From an uncultured Aeromicrobium sp. (GTDB lineage: Bacteria; Actinomycetota; Actinomycetes; Propionibacteriales; Nocardioidaceae), in the NCBI GenBank assembly GCA_937873005.1, contig CALMUY010000208.1:1-48671 (forward strand): a stretch of 48,671 nt of DNA, written 5' to 3'. The notes beneath the pieces were generated by a model. The model was not told where the DNA came from, did no database searches, and worked only from the letters and a program-made list of their open reading frames with translations. Position numbers and translations under genes: made by a program. This document shows positions 19,522 through 30,958 of this stretch, one piece after another (position 1 is the stretch's first letter; the number at the start of each line of letters is the position of its first letter).

Positions 19522-20310
19522 TTACGAGAGCAAGATCGCCAGTTGCCGCGATTGGGCGAGCAGGTTACCTTGCTCATCCCACAACTCGCCGTCTTCTTCA
19601 TGCATGCCTTCAACAACATGTTGTGTGGACATTCGTGAAGCGACCCACGCGCCTGGTTCGGGCAGCCGATGCAAGTGAACAGTCAATTGCACCGTCATCG
19701 ACATATGTTGGCCCAATTCCATGACGGGCGGCGGAGACGCGTCGCACAGCATGGCGAGCGCGGCCCAGTCGATCGTTTGCGCTTCGGCGAGCCGGATCCA
19801 CGTTGACACAGTGGGATCGCCGTTCGGTTTGCCCAGTGCCCATCCAGGTACCGCAGGCCAACGATGGTCGAGGCGGTCGAAGAGCCCTGCCGGCGTCATT
19901 CCCGAAGACTTCGGATCGAGACATTCCTCGGGCGGGGGAAGTGTGGGTGCTTTGCCGAGTTCGTGGCTGAGGCCGGTGTGATTGCGAAGAAAATTGGCTA
20001 CTAGGTGCAGCACGGGTTTGCCGTCCTGCTGCAAGGTTGCAGCGACGGTTTGAACTCGGCTCCCCGCTTTCACGAGCGAGTACTCGATTCGCGCAGCGAC
20101 GTTCGGCTGAGGAGAACTGAGGTAGGTGATAGCCAATACAGACGGCCTGCCAACGTCGAACTCGTCCATCGCACCCCGCAGCATCAGCGCAAGGGCATAC
20201 CCGCCGTTCGGGGATCCGAATCCCGTGTTCCAGCGATCAGTAATGACGGCCTCACGGACCCCGGGCTCAATGGATCGAGACGTCGTGTCTTCGACGAAGT
20301 TCTCACTCAC
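19522..20310 (-). CDS. TesB-like double-hotdog thioesterase family protein
   Basis: PNGGY, CDASPP, TVQLTVHL, EEDGELWD, LLAQSRQLA; start probably GTG 20310. Confidence 0.88.
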   Translation of the reverse strand: MSENFVEDTTSRSIEPGVREAVITDRWNTGFGSPNGGYALALMLRGAMDEFDVGRPSVLAITYLSSPQPNVAARIEYSLVKAGSRVQTVAATLQQDGKPVLHLVANFLRNHTGLSHELGKAPTLPPPEECLDPKSSGMTPAGLFDRLDHRWPAVPGWALGKPNGDPTVSTWIRLAEAQTIDWAALAMLCDASPPPVMELGQHMSMTVQLTVHLHRLPEPGAWVASRMSTQHVVEGMHEEDGELWDEQGNLLAQSRQLAILLS

Positions 20311-20359
20311 CTGCTTATCCTCTCCCAAACTGGTAACGGACTAACGGTAACCTCGATGT

Positions 20360-21271
20360 ATGACGTCTCCATTCGCGACCGCCAGCGTGCCCTTCGGACG
20401 AGTGCTGACCGCCATGGTCACGCCGTTCACCCCAGATGGAGCATTGGATCTCAAGGCCGCCGAGAAGCTCGCTACCTACCTCGTGGATAACGGCAACGAC
20501 GGACTTGTCGTCAGCGGCACTACGGGCGAATCGCCCACGACGACCGGCGAAGAAGACGGCCGGCTTCTCGAGGTCGTCCTTAACGCTGTCGGCGATAGGG
20601 CAAGCGTGGTGGCAGGAGTCGGTACCAACGACACCCGACACAGTGTGGAACTAGCCAAGGCTGCCACCGAGATCGGTGCACACGGGCTTTTGTTGGTGAC
20701 GCCCTATTACTCCAAGCCTCCTCAGGCGGGCATTCAAGCGCACATCGATGCTGTGGTAGCAGCCGGTGGTGATACTCCCGTTATGTTGTACGACGTTCCG
20801 GGTCGAACAGTGACGAAGCTTTCCAATGAGACACTTTTGGCCGCCGATCGCCATGAGCAAGTCGTGGCAATCAAGGACGCCACCGCTGACCTGGCACGCG
20901 CATCGTGGATTGCCAATGAAACATCTCTCGCGATGTACTCGGGCGACGATGTGTTGAACCTCGCTTGGTTCGCGTCAGGCGCGGTCGGCGTTGTCAGCGT
21001 GGTCGGACACGTTGCTGCCGGTGCATACCAAGACATGCTCGACGCTTTAGGTCGAGGTGATCTCGCCCAGGCTCAAGCTATTAGTAACAGGATGAACCCT
21101 CTCGTCGAGGCCATCATGGGTCACGCACCCGGCGCAATCTCGGCGAAGGTAGCACTGCGCCTCTTGGGCGTGCTCGATTCGGACAAAGTTCGCTTGCCCT
21201 TGTCGCAAGCAGAAGATGAAACCGTTGAGATTATTCGACAGGCGTTGCGCGACGCTGGCTTGCTTTCTTGA
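20360..21271 (+). CDS. dapA: 4-hydroxy-tetrahydrodipicolinate synthase
   Basis: AMVTPF, GTTGES, TPYY, LYDVPGRT, IKDA, YSGDD. Confidence 0.97.
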   Translation: MTSPFATASVPFGRVLTAMVTPFTPDGALDLKAAEKLATYLVDNGNDGLVVSGTTGESPTTTGEEDGRLLEVVLNAVGDRASVVAGVGTNDTRHSVELAKAATEIGAHGLLLVTPYYSKPPQAGIQAHIDAVVAAGGDTPVMLYDVPGRTVTKLSNETLLAADRHEQVVAIKDATADLARASWIANETSLAMYSGDDVLNLAWFASGAVGVVSVVGHVAAGAYQDMLDALGRGDLAQAQAISNRMNPLVEAIMGHAPGAISAKVALRLLGVLDSDKVRLPLSQAEDETVEIIRQALRDAGLLS

Positions 21272-21294
21272 CGTCACCCTTAAAGGAGAACTTC

Positions 21295-22974
21295 GTGGCT
21301 GCAGTTGTCACTGACTTGTCAACGCCACCGGCGTTGGCGCCCGGAGCCATGCGAGTTATCGCGCTTGGCGGGCTCGGCGAAATCGGTCGAAACATGACCG
21401 TCTTCGAATATGACTCAAAGCTCCTGATCGTGGATTGTGGTGTCCTCTTCCCCGAAGAACACCACCCCGGCATTGACTTAATCCTTCCTGATTTTTCGAT
21501 TATTCGGGACCGGCTCGACGACGTGGTCGGCATCGTCTTGACGCACGGGCACGAAGACCATATCGGTGGCGTGCCCTATTTGCTGCGTGAACGTGGAAAC
21601 ATCCCCGTGATCGGCTCGACGCTAACCTTGGCATTGCTCGATCCCAAGCTCAAGGAACATCGTTTGAAGGAAGCGCCACGGCATGTGGTGACCGAAGGTG
21701 ATGTGGTTCGCTTCGGACCGTTCGAGTGCGAGTTCGTTGCCGTTAACCACTCCATTCCCGATGCACTTGCCGTTGCGATCAAGACGGGCGCGGGCGTCGC
21801 GCTTCACACCGGCGACTTCAAGATGGACCAGTTGCCTCTTGATGGTCGCATCACGGATTTGCGTTCGTTTGCCCGACTTGGCGAGCACGGTGTCGATCTT
21901 TTCCTCACCGATTCGACGAACTCCGATGTGCCCGGGTTCACCACTGCTGAACGTGAAATAACCTCGGCAATCGACGCGGTGTTTGCGCGCAGTGAACGGC
22001 GCATCATCGTCGCCTCGTTCGCATCCCACGTGCATCGTGTGCAGCAAGTTCTCGATGCGGCGGCCAGGCATGATCGCAAGGTTGTCTATGTGGGTCGTTC
22101 GATGGTTCGCAACATGCAGATCGCCCGGGAACTCGGCTATTTGAAGGTTCCCGACGGCGTAGTTGTTGACTCGGTGGCCGATGTTGCACCAGAGAAACTC
22201 GTATTGATGTCAACGGGTTCGCAAGGCGAGCCGATGGCGGCCTTGTCGCGGATCGCCAACGGTACGCACGCTCAAGTTTCCATCGAGCCTGGCGATACGG
22301 TCTTGCTCGCCTCTTCACTCATTCCAGGTAACGAGAATGCTGTGTACCGAGTGATCGATGGCCTGACCAAGCTCGGCGCACGGGTTGTGCACAAAGGAAA
22401 CGCGTTAGTCCACGTCTCGGGTCACGCCTCGGCAGGGGAATTGTTGTATTGCTACAACATCGTCCGGCCAAGCAACGTGATGCCGGTACACGGTGAAATG
22501 CGACATTTGTATGCGAACGCGGCGTTGGCCCAAGCGACTGGCGTCCCGAATGTGGTGATCGCCGAAGACGGGCACGTTGTTGATCTCGAAGACGGAGTCG
22601 CCAAAGTCGTTGGCGCCTACCCTTGCGAACACATCTATGTCGATGGCTCCTCCGTAGGCGAAATCACTGAAGACGAACTGAAAGAACGCCGAATTCTAGG
22701 TGCTGAGGGATTCCTCACGATTGTGGCTGTAGTCAATCTCGACACGAAAACCATCGTGAGTGGCCCCAATGTGCACGCACGGGGCATCGCCGAGACGGAC
22801 GAGGTTTTCGAAGGCATCATTCCGGATCTGCGTGCGGTGCTGCAGACGGCGCTTGACGAAGGCGAAACTGACTCGCATCAATTGCAACAGGCCTTGCGAC
22901 GCAAGTTCGGTTCGTTCGCTGGGAGGAAGTTGCGTCGGCGTCCGATGATCATTCCGATTGTCGAGACGAGCTGA
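21295..22974 (+). CDS. rnj: Ribonuclease J
   Basis: LGGLGEIGRNM, THGHEDHIG, HTGDFK, HVSGH, PVHGE; AAGGAG SD before GTG 21295. Confidence 0.97.
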   Translation: MAAVVTDLSTPPALAPGAMRVIALGGLGEIGRNMTVFEYDSKLLIVDCGVLFPEEHHPGIDLILPDFSIIRDRLDDVVGIVLTHGHEDHIGGVPYLLRERGNIPVIGSTLTLALLDPKLKEHRLKEAPRHVVTEGDVVRFGPFECEFVAVNHSIPDALAVAIKTGAGVALHTGDFKMDQLPLDGRITDLRSFARLGEHGVDLFLTDSTNSDVPGFTTAEREITSAIDAVFARSERRIIVASFASHVHRVQQVLDAAARHDRKVVYVGRSMVRNMQIARELGYLKVPDGVVVDSVADVAPEKLVLMSTGSQGEPMAALSRIANGTHAQVSIEPGDTVLLASSLIPGNENAVYRVIDGLTKLGARVVHKGNALVHVSGHASAGELLYCYNIVRPSNVMPVHGEMRHLYANAALAQATGVPNVVIAEDGHVVDLEDGVAKVVGAYPCEHIYVDGSSVGEITEDELKERRILGAEGFLTIVAVVNLDTKTIVSGPNVHARGIAETDEVFEGIIPDLRAVLQTALDEGETDSHQLQQALRRKFGSFAGRKLRRRPMIIPIVETS

Positions 22975-23040
22975 CCCTTCGAGGCGCGCCAAGGGTGTTT
23001 CTGTCCCGAAAACCCTGAAGTTGTGGTTTAGGCTTGGCAC

Positions 23041-25482
23041 ATGGCGACTCGAACGTCTTCCCCGCCGCGAAAGCGGCCGTCCGCAAGCCAAGCCAAGAAG
23101 AAGGCCCCGGCTGCGCGCAAGCCTGCCCCGAAAAAGTCCACGAAGCCAGCTACTAAAGCAGGCTCCTCTGGTGCTCTCGCCAAGACCGGAACGGCGCTAT
23201 TGCGTGCCGTGACTGCGATTTGGTTGGGAATCGCTGGTCTCATCGGCGGGCTGTTCCGTAGTGTTGGCCAGAGTGCGCGCGATCTCGACCCTGAACTTAG
23301 ACGAGATGGTGTCGGTCTTTTCATCTTGAGCCTGGCAGTCGTTACTGCCGCGGGCGTCTGGTGGTCTATTGATGGCTTCGTCGGAGATTTGATCCGAACC
23401 GTCAGCACTGGCTCAGTCGGCGTGCTTGCGTGGGCGGTTCCGATCTTGCTCATGGTGATCGCCGTGCGAACTATGCGCAATCCAGAAAGCGCAGGCCCGG
23501 CTGGGCGGCAAGTAATTGGCTGGGGTGCGATCGTTGGTGGCGTTCTGGGGCTCGTTCACTTGTCGCATGGAACCCCGCGCCCCAACAGCGGCGAATCGAT
23601 GGCCGAAGCCGGGGGAGCGGTTGGCTTCTTGTTTTCCGCAATTCTTGTTGATCTGCTTAAATCCCCGTGGGTTGTCGCTCCCGTACTAATTTTTGTTGTT
23701 TTCTTTGGTGTTCTGGTCGTGACTGGTACGCCTGTTCATCAATTGCCGCAACGGTGGAACGACTTTGTCGACCTTGCGACAAACCGCACGGCAAACGTCG
23801 ACGAGGCCGAAGACACGCCACGCAAGAAGCGCCATCCCCGGACTGAGATTGAAGACGTTCCTTTCGAGGATCCACTCGTTGACGGTCCTGACAACGATCG
23901 CCGAGTTGACTTGACTGAGCCAACAGATGACATCGTGGTGAACGAACCTGTCGTTGAAGAACCGAAGTCCTTCCAGCCGATCCCAGCGCGCTCAGAGCAA
24001 CTGTCACTTGGTGGCGACGTCGTCTACACCCTCCCCGAAGCGAATTCCCTTAAGGAGGGAACTCCGCCGAAGGCACGTACGGCCGCTAGCGATCAAGTCG
24101 TGGGCCGACTCACAGAAGTACTCAACCAATTCCAAATCGACGCGACCGTCACCGGCTATACACGCGGCCCGACGGTCACACGTTATGAACTCGAGCTCGG
24201 CCCGGCGGTCAAGGTCGAGAAGGTAACTGCGTTGAGCAAGAATATCGCGTACGCGGTGGCGTCTAACGAAGTCCGTATTTTGTCGCCGATTCCAGGTAAG
24301 AGTGCGATCGGCGTAGAGATTCCTAACATCGACAAGGAAATGGTCTCGCTCGGCGACGTGCTGCGATCGGCAAAAGCTCGCAGCGACCACCACCCGATGG
24401 TGGTCGGTCTCGGCAAAGACGTCGAAGGCGGATTTGTCCTCGCGAACCTCGCCAAGATGCCCCACTTACTCGTGGCAGGCGCTACAGGTTCGGGTAAGTC
24501 GAGCTTCATCAATTCGATGGTTTCCTCGATTTTGATGCGCTCAACGCCAGATGAAGTCCGCATGATCATGGTCGATCCAAAGCGAGTCGAACTCACCGCG
24601 TATGAGGGCATCCCGCATCTTGTTACGCCCATCATCACGAACCCGAAGAAAGCGGCCGAGGCTTTGCAGTGGGTGGTTCGCGAGATGGACATGCGTTACG
24701 ACGACCTCTCGCATTTCGGATTCCGTCACATCGATGACTTCAATAAGGCAGTTCGTGCGGGGCAAGTAAAGCCGCCTGTTGGCAGCGAGCGAGTCTTGTC
24801 GCCCTACCCCTATCTGCTCGTCGTGGTCGACGAACTTGCCGACCTCATGATGGTGGCCCCTCGTGATGTTGAAGACGCGATCGTGCGCATCACGCAGTTG
24901 GCGCGCGCCGCGGGTATTCACTTGGTGTTGGCTACGCAACGTCCGAGTGTAGATGTCGTCACTGGTCTGATCAAGGCAAACGTGCCGAGTCGACTAGCCT
25001 TTGCTACCTCTTCGCTCGCTGACAGTCGCGTGATTTTGGATCAGCCCGGTGCTGAAAAGTTGGTTGGTCAAGGTGATGGTTTGTTCCTCCCGATGGGGGC
25101 GAGCAAGGCAATGCGCATGCAAGGTGCCTGGATCACCGAGGCTGAAATCAAAAGCTTGGTGGATCACTGCAAACAGCAGGCGAGCCCTCACTATCGCGAA
25201 GATATTGCCGCTCCTGCGACGTCTAAGCGTGAACTCGATGATGACATTGGTGACGATCTCGATCTCGTTTTGCAGGCCGTTGAACTTGTTGTCTCGACCC
25301 AATTTGGCTCGACATCCATGTTGCAGCGTAAGTTGCGCGTTGGATTCGCCAAGGCAGGTCGACTGATGGACATCATGGAAAGCCGTGGCGTGGTCGGCCC
25401 GAGCGAAGGTTCGAAAGCGCGTGACGTCTTGGTTAAAGCCGACGAACTCGATGAAGTTCTGGCCGGCATTCAAGTTGGCTAG
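23041..25482 (+). CDS. ftsK: DNA translocase FtsK
   Basis: N-terminal TM region, [31 protein letters not shown], gamma domain [12 protein letters not shown]. Confidence 0.98.
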   Translation: MATRTSSPPRKRPSASQAKKKAPAARKPAPKKSTKPATKAGSSGALAKTGTALLRAVTAIWLGIAGLIGGLFRSVGQSARDLDPELRRDGVGLFILSLAVVTAAGVWWSIDGFVGDLIRTVSTGSVGVLAWAVPILLMVIAVRTMRNPESAGPAGRQVIGWGAIVGGVLGLVHLSHGTPRPNSGESMAEAGGAVGFLFSAILVDLLKSPWVVAPVLIFVVFFGVLVVTGTPVHQLPQRWNDFVDLATNRTANVDEAEDTPRKKRHPRTEIEDVPFEDPLVDGPDNDRRVDLTEPTDDIVVNEPVVEEPKSFQPIPARSEQLSLGGDVVYTLPEANSLKEGTPPKARTAASDQVVGRLTEVLNQFQIDATVTGYTRGPTVTRYELELGPAVKVEKVTALSKNIAYAVASNEVRILSPIPGKSAIGVEIPNIDKEMVSLGDVLRSAKARSDHHPMVVGLGKDVEGGFVLANLAKMPHLLVAGATGSGKSSFINSMVSSILMRSTPDEVRMIMVDPKRVELTAYEGIPHLVTPIITNPKKAAEALQWVVREMDMRYDDLSHFGFRHIDDFNKAVRAGQVKPPVGSERVLSPYPYLLVVVDELADLMMVAPRDVEDAIVRITQLARAAGIHLVLATQRPSVDVVTGLIKANVPSRLAFATSSLADSRVILDQPGAEKLVGQGDGLFLPMGASKAMRMQGAWITEAEIKSLVDHCKQQASPHYREDIAAPATSKRELDDDIGDDLDLVLQAVELVVSTQFGSTSMLQRKLRVGFAKAGRLMDIMESRGVVGPSEGSKARDVLVKADELDEVLAGIQVG

Positions 25483-25506
25483 TGGCCTATCGGTCATACT
25501 TGACTT

Positions 25507-26127
25507 GTGACTTCCCAACAGAATCCATCGGACGTGGCCGAATCGAAGCCAAGTAATTGGAATGTGCCCAATGCGCTGACAGTATTGCGCATTCTGGGTG
25601 TGCCGCTATTCGGTTGGCTCTTGTTGACTGAGTCGGGTGATTCGGTCAGTTGGCGGATCTGGGCTTTCATTGCTTTCGCTTTGCTGATGGCCACCGATAA
25701 AATTGATGGCGACCTTGCCCGCAAGTACAACTTGATCACGGATTTCGGCAAGCTTGCCGACCCGATTGCTGACAAAGCCTTGACCGGCATGGCCTTCATT
25801 GGTTTGTCTCTCATTGGCGTCTTATGGTGGCCCGTCACGATTCTGATGTTGGTGCGCGAATGGGGCATCACCATCATGCGTGGCTTCATGGTTCGACGAG
25901 GTGTCGTGATGCCTGCCAGCAAGGGCGGCAAGTTGAAAACTGTTTTGCAGTCGATTGCCATCGGTGGGTATGTGCTGCCGTTGAACGTGTGGGCAGGCCC
26001 CTTCTCGACGGGCTTGCTGTGGCTAATGCATATTGTCATGGCGGCTGCGCTGATTGTTGCTCTGGTGACTGGCGTCCAATATGTGTTTGACGCACGCACT
26101 GCCGCTCGCGAGGCACGATCGAAGTGA
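25507..26127 (+). CDS. pgsA: CDP-diacylglycerol--glycerol-3-phosphate 3-phosphatidyltransferase
   Basis: NVPNALTVLR, DKIDGDLAR...FGKLADPIADK CDP-alcohol phosphatidyltransferase motif. Confidence 0.95.
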   Translation: MTSQQNPSDVAESKPSNWNVPNALTVLRILGVPLFGWLLLTESGDSVSWRIWAFIAFALLMATDKIDGDLARKYNLITDFGKLADPIADKALTGMAFIGLSLIGVLWWPVTILMLVREWGITIMRGFMVRRGVVMPASKGGKLKTVLQSIAIGGYVLPLNVWAGPFSTGLLWLMHIVMAAALIVALVTGVQYVFDARTAAREARSK

Positions 26128-26597
26128 CTCAAGCAGCCGAACTTGTCGCCACGCTACGTCAGCGCGACTTGACGGTTGCGGTTGCCGAATCTCTCACGGG
26201 TGGTTTGCTTGCTTCGGCCTTCGTTGACGTGCCAGGCGCGTCTGAGGTGTTTGCCGGTGGAATTGTCGCTTACCAAGCGATACACAAGAGTCGTCAATTG
26301 GGCGTTCCCGAAGAACTCATCGAACGCCACTCAGTTGTCGATCCACGCGTTGCGGTGTATATGGCGCAGGGCGTACGCGAAAAGTTCGATGCGGATATCG
26401 GATTGTCGACGACAGGCGTGGCTGGCCCCGATGCCGTGGGCGATCATCCGGTGGGCACAGTATTTGTAGGTATTTCGGCGCATGACGTGACGCGTGCTCT
26501 GCCTCTACAGTTAAGCGGAAGTCGCCACGACATCAGAATTGAGACAGTTAACGCTGCTTTGTCAGGGTTGGTCGCTATTCTTGGGGAACAGATTTGA
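26124..26597 (+). CDS. cinA: CinA/PncC-family NMN amidohydrolase domain protein
   Basis: AVAESLTGG, VPGAS, STTGVAGP, PVGTVFVG. Confidence 0.93.
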   Translation: MTQAAELVATLRQRDLTVAVAESLTGGLLASAFVDVPGASEVFAGGIVAYQAIHKSRQLGVPEELIERHSVVDPRVAVYMAQGVREKFDADIGLSTTGVAGPDAVGDHPVGTVFVGISAHDVTRALPLQLSGSRHDIRIETVNAALSGLVAILGEQI

Positions 26598-26625
26598 TTG
26601 ACGCAGTGTTGAGAAAGGCAGGAAG

Positions 26626-26931
26626 GTGATGACGATGACTCCAATGCGACAACTCATGGGCGAAGTTCTGCGTACACGCCGCCTTGCCCAAGGTTTGACA
26701 TTGCGGGATCTCTCTTCTAAAGCGCTCGTGAGTCTCAGTTACATTTCCGAAATTGAGCGTGGCCAAAAGGAACCGAGTTCTGAATTGTTGGCTGCGCTTG
26801 CGGAAGCGCTTGAGATTCCGTTGAGCAATGTTTTGCTTCAAGTGAGTGCCTTGCTTGAACTCGACGAAGCGGCCGAGTTGGCCACCGTTGCAGAGCTCAG
26901 CGCGAGTGATGTTGCGATGTCCGCTGCCTGA
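26626..26931 (+). CDS. XRE-family HTH regulator, ClgR-like (start 26626, 26629 or 26635)
   Basis: GEVLRTRRLAQGLTLR...SLSYISEIERGQKEPSSELL; position after cinA as for actinobacterial clgR. Confidence 0.88.
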   Translation: MMTMTPMRQLMGEVLRTRRLAQGLTLRDLSSKALVSLSYISEIERGQKEPSSELLAALAEALEIPLSNVLLQVSALLELDEAAELATVAELSASDVAMSAA

Positions 26932-27125
26932 TGCGCCACAGCGAATTCTGGGATCGTATGTTTCACCATTTGGGGGATGATTACGCCGAGTTTTGGGGTA
27001 GCCACCATGCCATCGGCTCCTTAGCGAGTCGAACTGCCACTCAAGCTCTCGAAGACGGAGTCGCACCCCTTGCTGTGTGGCGAGCTGTACACGCCGAGCT
27101 TGAACTTCCGCACCGTGATCGTTAA
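26931..27125 (+). CDS. DUF3046-family protein
   Basis: MRHSEFWDRM...RTATQALEDG...VWRAV; typical position upstream of recA. Confidence 0.88.
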   Translation: MRHSEFWDRMFHHLGDDYAEFWGSHHAIGSLASRTATQALEDGVAPLAVWRAVHAELELPHRDR

Positions 27126-27169
27126 TTGCGCTGTGAACATGAGTTCGGATCCCGGCGTGTCGCACACAT

Positions 27170-27193
27170 TCGAACATCTGTTCGGTTTACTGT
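27170..27193 (+). promoter_or_regulatory. LexA SOS box overlapping the distal recA promoter
   Basis: TCGAAC-ATCT-GTTCGG (one mismatch to TCGAAC-N4-GTTCGA) followed by TACTGT -10; weaker GAAC-N4-GTTC core at 27135-27146. Confidence 0.9.
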
Positions 27194-27254
27194 AAATGCA
27201 CAGGCCGACGGCAGGTTGAACGCAGTCCACAGGCGAGTCGAAGAGGCTCAATAA

Positions 27255-27276
27255 TGTCAGTGGGTTCACCTAACGT
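27255..27276 (+). promoter_or_regulatory. RecA-NDp (PafBC-type, LexA-independent) proximal recA promoter
   Basis: TGTCAGTG-N8-TAACGT matches the TGTCRGTG-N8-TANNNT consensus. Confidence 0.85.
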
Positions 27277-27318
27277 CGAAGATGGCCAGCCGCACACGAC
27301 ACAGTTAGGAACCGCAAC

Positions 27319-28392
27319 ATGGGTGCTTCATCCAATGCGCTTGCAAAAGAGCGCGCAAACAAAGACAAGGCGCTGGATAACGCTTTGGCTCAAATCGACC
27401 GCTCCTACGGCAAGGGCGCAGTTATGCGTCTTGGCGATCAGACTCAAGCGCCCATGGAAGTCATTCCTACTGGCGCAGTTGCCCTGGATGTTGCGCTCGG
27501 AATTGGTGGCTTGCCTCGTGGTCGAGTCGTCGAGATCTACGGTCCAGAGTCCTCAGGAAAGACCACAGTCGCTCTGCACGCGGTTGCTAATGCCCAAAAA
27601 GCCGGGGGAGTAGCTGCTTTCATCGATGCTGAGCACGCACTCGACCCGGAGTATGCCCGGAAACTCGGTGTCGACACCGACGCGCTTCTTGTTTCGCAAC
27701 CTGACTCTGGCGAACAGGCCCTTGAAATTGCTGACATGCTTATTCGTTCTGGTGCTCTCGACATCATCGTCATCGACTCGGTTGCTGCGTTGGTACCGCG
27801 GGCGGAAATTGATGGCGAAATGGGCGACAGCCACGTGGGTTTGCAGGCTCGCCTGATGAGTCAAGCGTTGCGCAAAATGACCGGCGCAATCAACGGGTCT
27901 GGCACGACTGCCATCTTCATCAACCAGTTGCGCGAAAAGATCGGCGTGATGTTCGGCTCTCCCGAAACCACCACGGGTGGTAAAGCGCTGAAGTTCTATT
28001 CGTCGGTTCGGCTCGATGTCCGCCGCATCGAAACGCTTAAGGACGGTACCGACATGGTCGGCAACCGTACCCGCGTCAAGGTCGTCAAGAACAAGCTCGC
28101 ACCTCCGTTCAAACAAGCCGAGTTCGACATCATGTACGGCCAAGGCATCAGTCGCGAGGGCAGTCTCATTGATCTCGGCGTTGACGGCGGCTACATCCGG
28201 AAAGCGGGTGCTTGGTACACCTACGAGGGCGATCAACTCGGCCAAGGTAAAGAGAACGCTCGCCAGTTCCTGCGTGACAACCCAGATCTCGCTGCCGAAA
28301 TTGAGAAGAAGATCAAGGACGGTTTGGGTATCGGTGTTGATCCAAATGCGGCGCCAGCCACCGGCGAGGACCTCTCTGCTGCTGAGTTCTAA
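27319..28392 (+). CDS. recA: Recombinase A
   Basis: [34 protein letters not shown]; no intein. Confidence 0.99.
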   Translation: MGASSNALAKERANKDKALDNALAQIDRSYGKGAVMRLGDQTQAPMEVIPTGAVALDVALGIGGLPRGRVVEIYGPESSGKTTVALHAVANAQKAGGVAAFIDAEHALDPEYARKLGVDTDALLVSQPDSGEQALEIADMLIRSGALDIIVIDSVAALVPRAEIDGEMGDSHVGLQARLMSQALRKMTGAINGSGTTAIFINQLREKIGVMFGSPETTTGGKALKFYSSVRLDVRRIETLKDGTDMVGNRTRVKVVKNKLAPPFKQAEFDIMYGQGISREGSLIDLGVDGGYIRKAGAWYTYEGDQLGQGKENARQFLRDNPDLAAEIEKKIKDGLGIGVDPNAAPATGEDLSAAEF

Positions 28393-28931
28393 TGTCAACA
28401 CCCGAGGTGATGTCTCCCGACCAAGCGCGCGTTTTCGCCACGAAGATCGCGTTTGATCGGTTGGCTGAACGCGACAGAAGTACCCTTGAACTTCAGCAGG
28501 CACTCGAAAAGAGGCGAGTGCCTGCTGAAGTGATTGCGGTTGTTTTGGCGCAGCTTCAGCAACAGGGTCTCCTCGACGACGAACGCTTCGCGTGCGCTTG
28601 GGTAGACCAACGACAACGGGGCAAAGGGCTCGCGCGAAGTGCCCTAGCCCGTGAACTCAAAGTCAAGGGGATTTCGGACATCACGATTGCTGTGGCCCTC
28701 GACTCCATCGATACGGACGCCGAACGTACAAAAGCCCACGAGTTGGTTCGTAAACGAATGCGAAGCGTCTCCCGCCTAGAGCCGAGCGTTCAAAAGCGGC
28801 GCCTGACCGCTTTCTTGATGCGCAAGGGTTATCCCGCCCATGTGAGCTTCGACGTCGTTTCACAAGAACTCAACTCCGATGTGAACTCCGATCAGCATGG
28901 CTTCGGCAACGAAATAGCTGAGGCACCGTAA
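28392..28931 (+). CDS. recX: Regulatory protein RecX
   Basis: RSTLEL, GLLDDERFA, ELKVKGI, LMRKGY; coupled to recA. Confidence 0.93.
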   Translation: MSTPEVMSPDQARVFATKIAFDRLAERDRSTLELQQALEKRRVPAEVIAVVLAQLQQQGLLDDERFACAWVDQRQRGKGLARSALARELKVKGISDITIAVALDSIDTDAERTKAHELVRKRMRSVSRLEPSVQKRRLTAFLMRKGYPAHVSFDVVSQELNSDVNSDQHGFGNEIAEAP

Positions 28932-28964
28932 GGGGGTCGCGTGTGTGTTCCTAGGCTGGTACTT

Positions 28965-29423
28965 ATGGTTTCGACACTCAGCATCTACAAGCAAATGACG
29001 GCGCTGCCGATGGGCAACAAGGCATTCTCTTACTTTTTTGCCCACAAAGCCCCCTACTTTGCGACGGTTAAACCGGATGTGTTGGTGATGGAACCACACC
29101 TCGCTCAGGTACGCATTCCGAAGCGAAAGGCCGTGCTTAACCACATTGGCACTGTGCATGCCATAGCTGTGTGTAACGGTCTCGAAGCAGCCATGGGTCT
29201 CGTGGCCGAGGCCACTGTGCCGTCAACTCACCGCTGGCTGCCCAAAGGCATGGATGTCGAATACCTCGCGAAGTCAGATAGTGACATCGTGTGTACAGCC
29301 AGTTCAACCCAGGCCGATTGGGATGGGGCGCCAGATGTTCCTATCACAGTTGAAGCAAAACGCGCCGACGGAACCGTCGTTGTTCAGGGTGTCATTCGTT
29401 TGTGGGTCACCCCAAAGAACTGA
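28965..29423 (+). CDS. DUF4442/hotdog-fold thioesterase-like protein
   Basis: KAPYFATV, NHIGTVHAIAVCN, RWLPKGMDVEYLAK; TAGGCT 7 nt before ATG 28965. Confidence 0.85.
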   Translation: MVSTLSIYKQMTALPMGNKAFSYFFAHKAPYFATVKPDVLVMEPHLAQVRIPKRKAVLNHIGTVHAIAVCNGLEAAMGLVAEATVPSTHRWLPKGMDVEYLAKSDSDIVCTASSTQADWDGAPDVPITVEAKRADGTVVVQGVIRLWVTPKN

Positions 29424-29467
29424 GGCTCGCACTTCACCAAAGTGACACCACGTATCCTTGAACGGTT

Positions 29468-30958
29468 ATGGCTAAGACATACGAAATCCACACTTACGGG
29501 TGCCAAATGAACGTTCACGACAGTGAACGAATTTCTGGTCTGCTTCATACGGCGGGTTTCGTTCAAGCTGCTCCTGAAGAGCGACCAGATCTCGTGGTGT
29601 TCAACACGTGCGCGGTGCGCGAGAACGCGGACAATAAGCTCTACGGCAATTTGGGGCGTATCGCGAGTGTCAAGGCGGTAAATCCCGGGATGCAAATCGC
29701 CGTTGGTGGTTGCTTGGCGCAAAAAGATAAAGACACCATCTTGGCCAAGGCGCCTTATGTCGATGTCGTATTCGGTACCCATAACGTTGGTTCGCTGCCA
29801 GTGCTGCTTGAACGGGCGCGGATTGAAGCCGAGTCGCAAATCGAAATTCTCGACGCGCTCGAAGTATTTCCATCGACACTTCCCACGAAACGCGATTCCG
29901 TGTTTGCGGCGTGGGTTTCTATCAGTGTTGGCTGTAACAACACCTGCACTTTTTGCATTGTGCCCTCATTGCGTGGCAAGGAGCGGGACCGCCGACCTGG
30001 TGAAATCTTGGCTGAGATAGAAGCTCTCGTTGCGGACGGAGTCGTCGAGATCACGTTGCTGGGACAAAACGTCAATAGCTATGGCGTTGAGTTCGGCGAC
30101 CGCGAAGCATTCTCGAAGTTGCTGCGTGCTTGTGGCCAGATCGAGGGACTCGAACGTGTTCGATTCACTAGCCCGCACCCCAAGGACTTCACCGACGACG
30201 TTATCGCTGCAATGGCTGAAACTCCCAACGTTATGCCGCAATTGCACATGCCATTACAGTCTGGATCTGATTCTGTTCTGAAGGCTATGCGCCGTTCATA
30301 TCGGACCGACAAATACCTCGGCATTCTGGATCGGGTTCGTGCCGTCATGCCTGAGGCGGCAATCACCACAGACATCATCGTTGGTTTCCCGGGGGAGACC
30401 GAGGAAGACTTCCAAGCGACCTTGGACGTGGTAAGGACGGCGCGTTTTAGTGCTTGCTACACGTTCCAGTACTCGCCGCGTCCAGGCACTCCCGCGGCTG
30501 AACTCGAAGATCAAGTCCCTCATGAAGTCGTTCAAGAGCGCTACGAACGACTAGCAACATTGACGAAAGATGTCTCCTGGCAGGAGAACAAGAAACTCGT
30601 TGGCCAGACCCTTGAATTGCTCGTGGCTGACCATAGCGCTTCACGCGGTGGTGGGCGAAAAGACGAGCAGAATCACCGGCTGACCGGGCGTGCACGAGAT
30701 AACCGACTCGTCCATTTCGCGGGGGAGGGCCTCGACGTGCGGCCAGGTGATGTGGTCACTGTGCAGGTCACCTATGCGGCTCCGTTTCATCTCGTGGCTG
30801 ATGGGGAGGTGCTATTTGTTCGGCGCACGAGTGCTGGAGACGCGTGGGCTGCCAGGCAAGGACAAACCACCGTGCAAACGCCAGTAACCCTTGGCTTGCC
30901 CAGTTTCAGCGTGCCGGCACCGCTCGCGCCAGCGCCAAGCTGCGGCATCGACGAATAG
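29468..30958 (+). CDS. miaB: tRNA-2-methylthio-N6-dimethylallyladenosine synthase
   Basis: [20 protein letters not shown], radical [15 protein letters not shown] domain. Confidence 0.98.
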   Translation: MAKTYEIHTYGCQMNVHDSERISGLLHTAGFVQAAPEERPDLVVFNTCAVRENADNKLYGNLGRIASVKAVNPGMQIAVGGCLAQKDKDTILAKAPYVDVVFGTHNVGSLPVLLERARIEAESQIEILDALEVFPSTLPTKRDSVFAAWVSISVGCNNTCTFCIVPSLRGKERDRRPGEILAEIEALVADGVVEITLLGQNVNSYGVEFGDREAFSKLLRACGQIEGLERVRFTSPHPKDFTDDVIAAMAETPNVMPQLHMPLQSGSDSVLKAMRRSYRTDKYLGILDRVRAVMPEAAITTDIIVGFPGETEEDFQATLDVVRTARFSACYTFQYSPRPGTPAAELEDQVPHEVVQERYERLATLTKDVSWQENKKLVGQTLELLVADHSASRGGGRKDEQNHRLTGRARDNRLVHFAGEGLDVRPGDVVTVQVTYAAPFHLVADGEVLFVRRTSAGDAWAARQGQTTVQTPVTLGLPSFSVPAPLAPAPSCGIDE

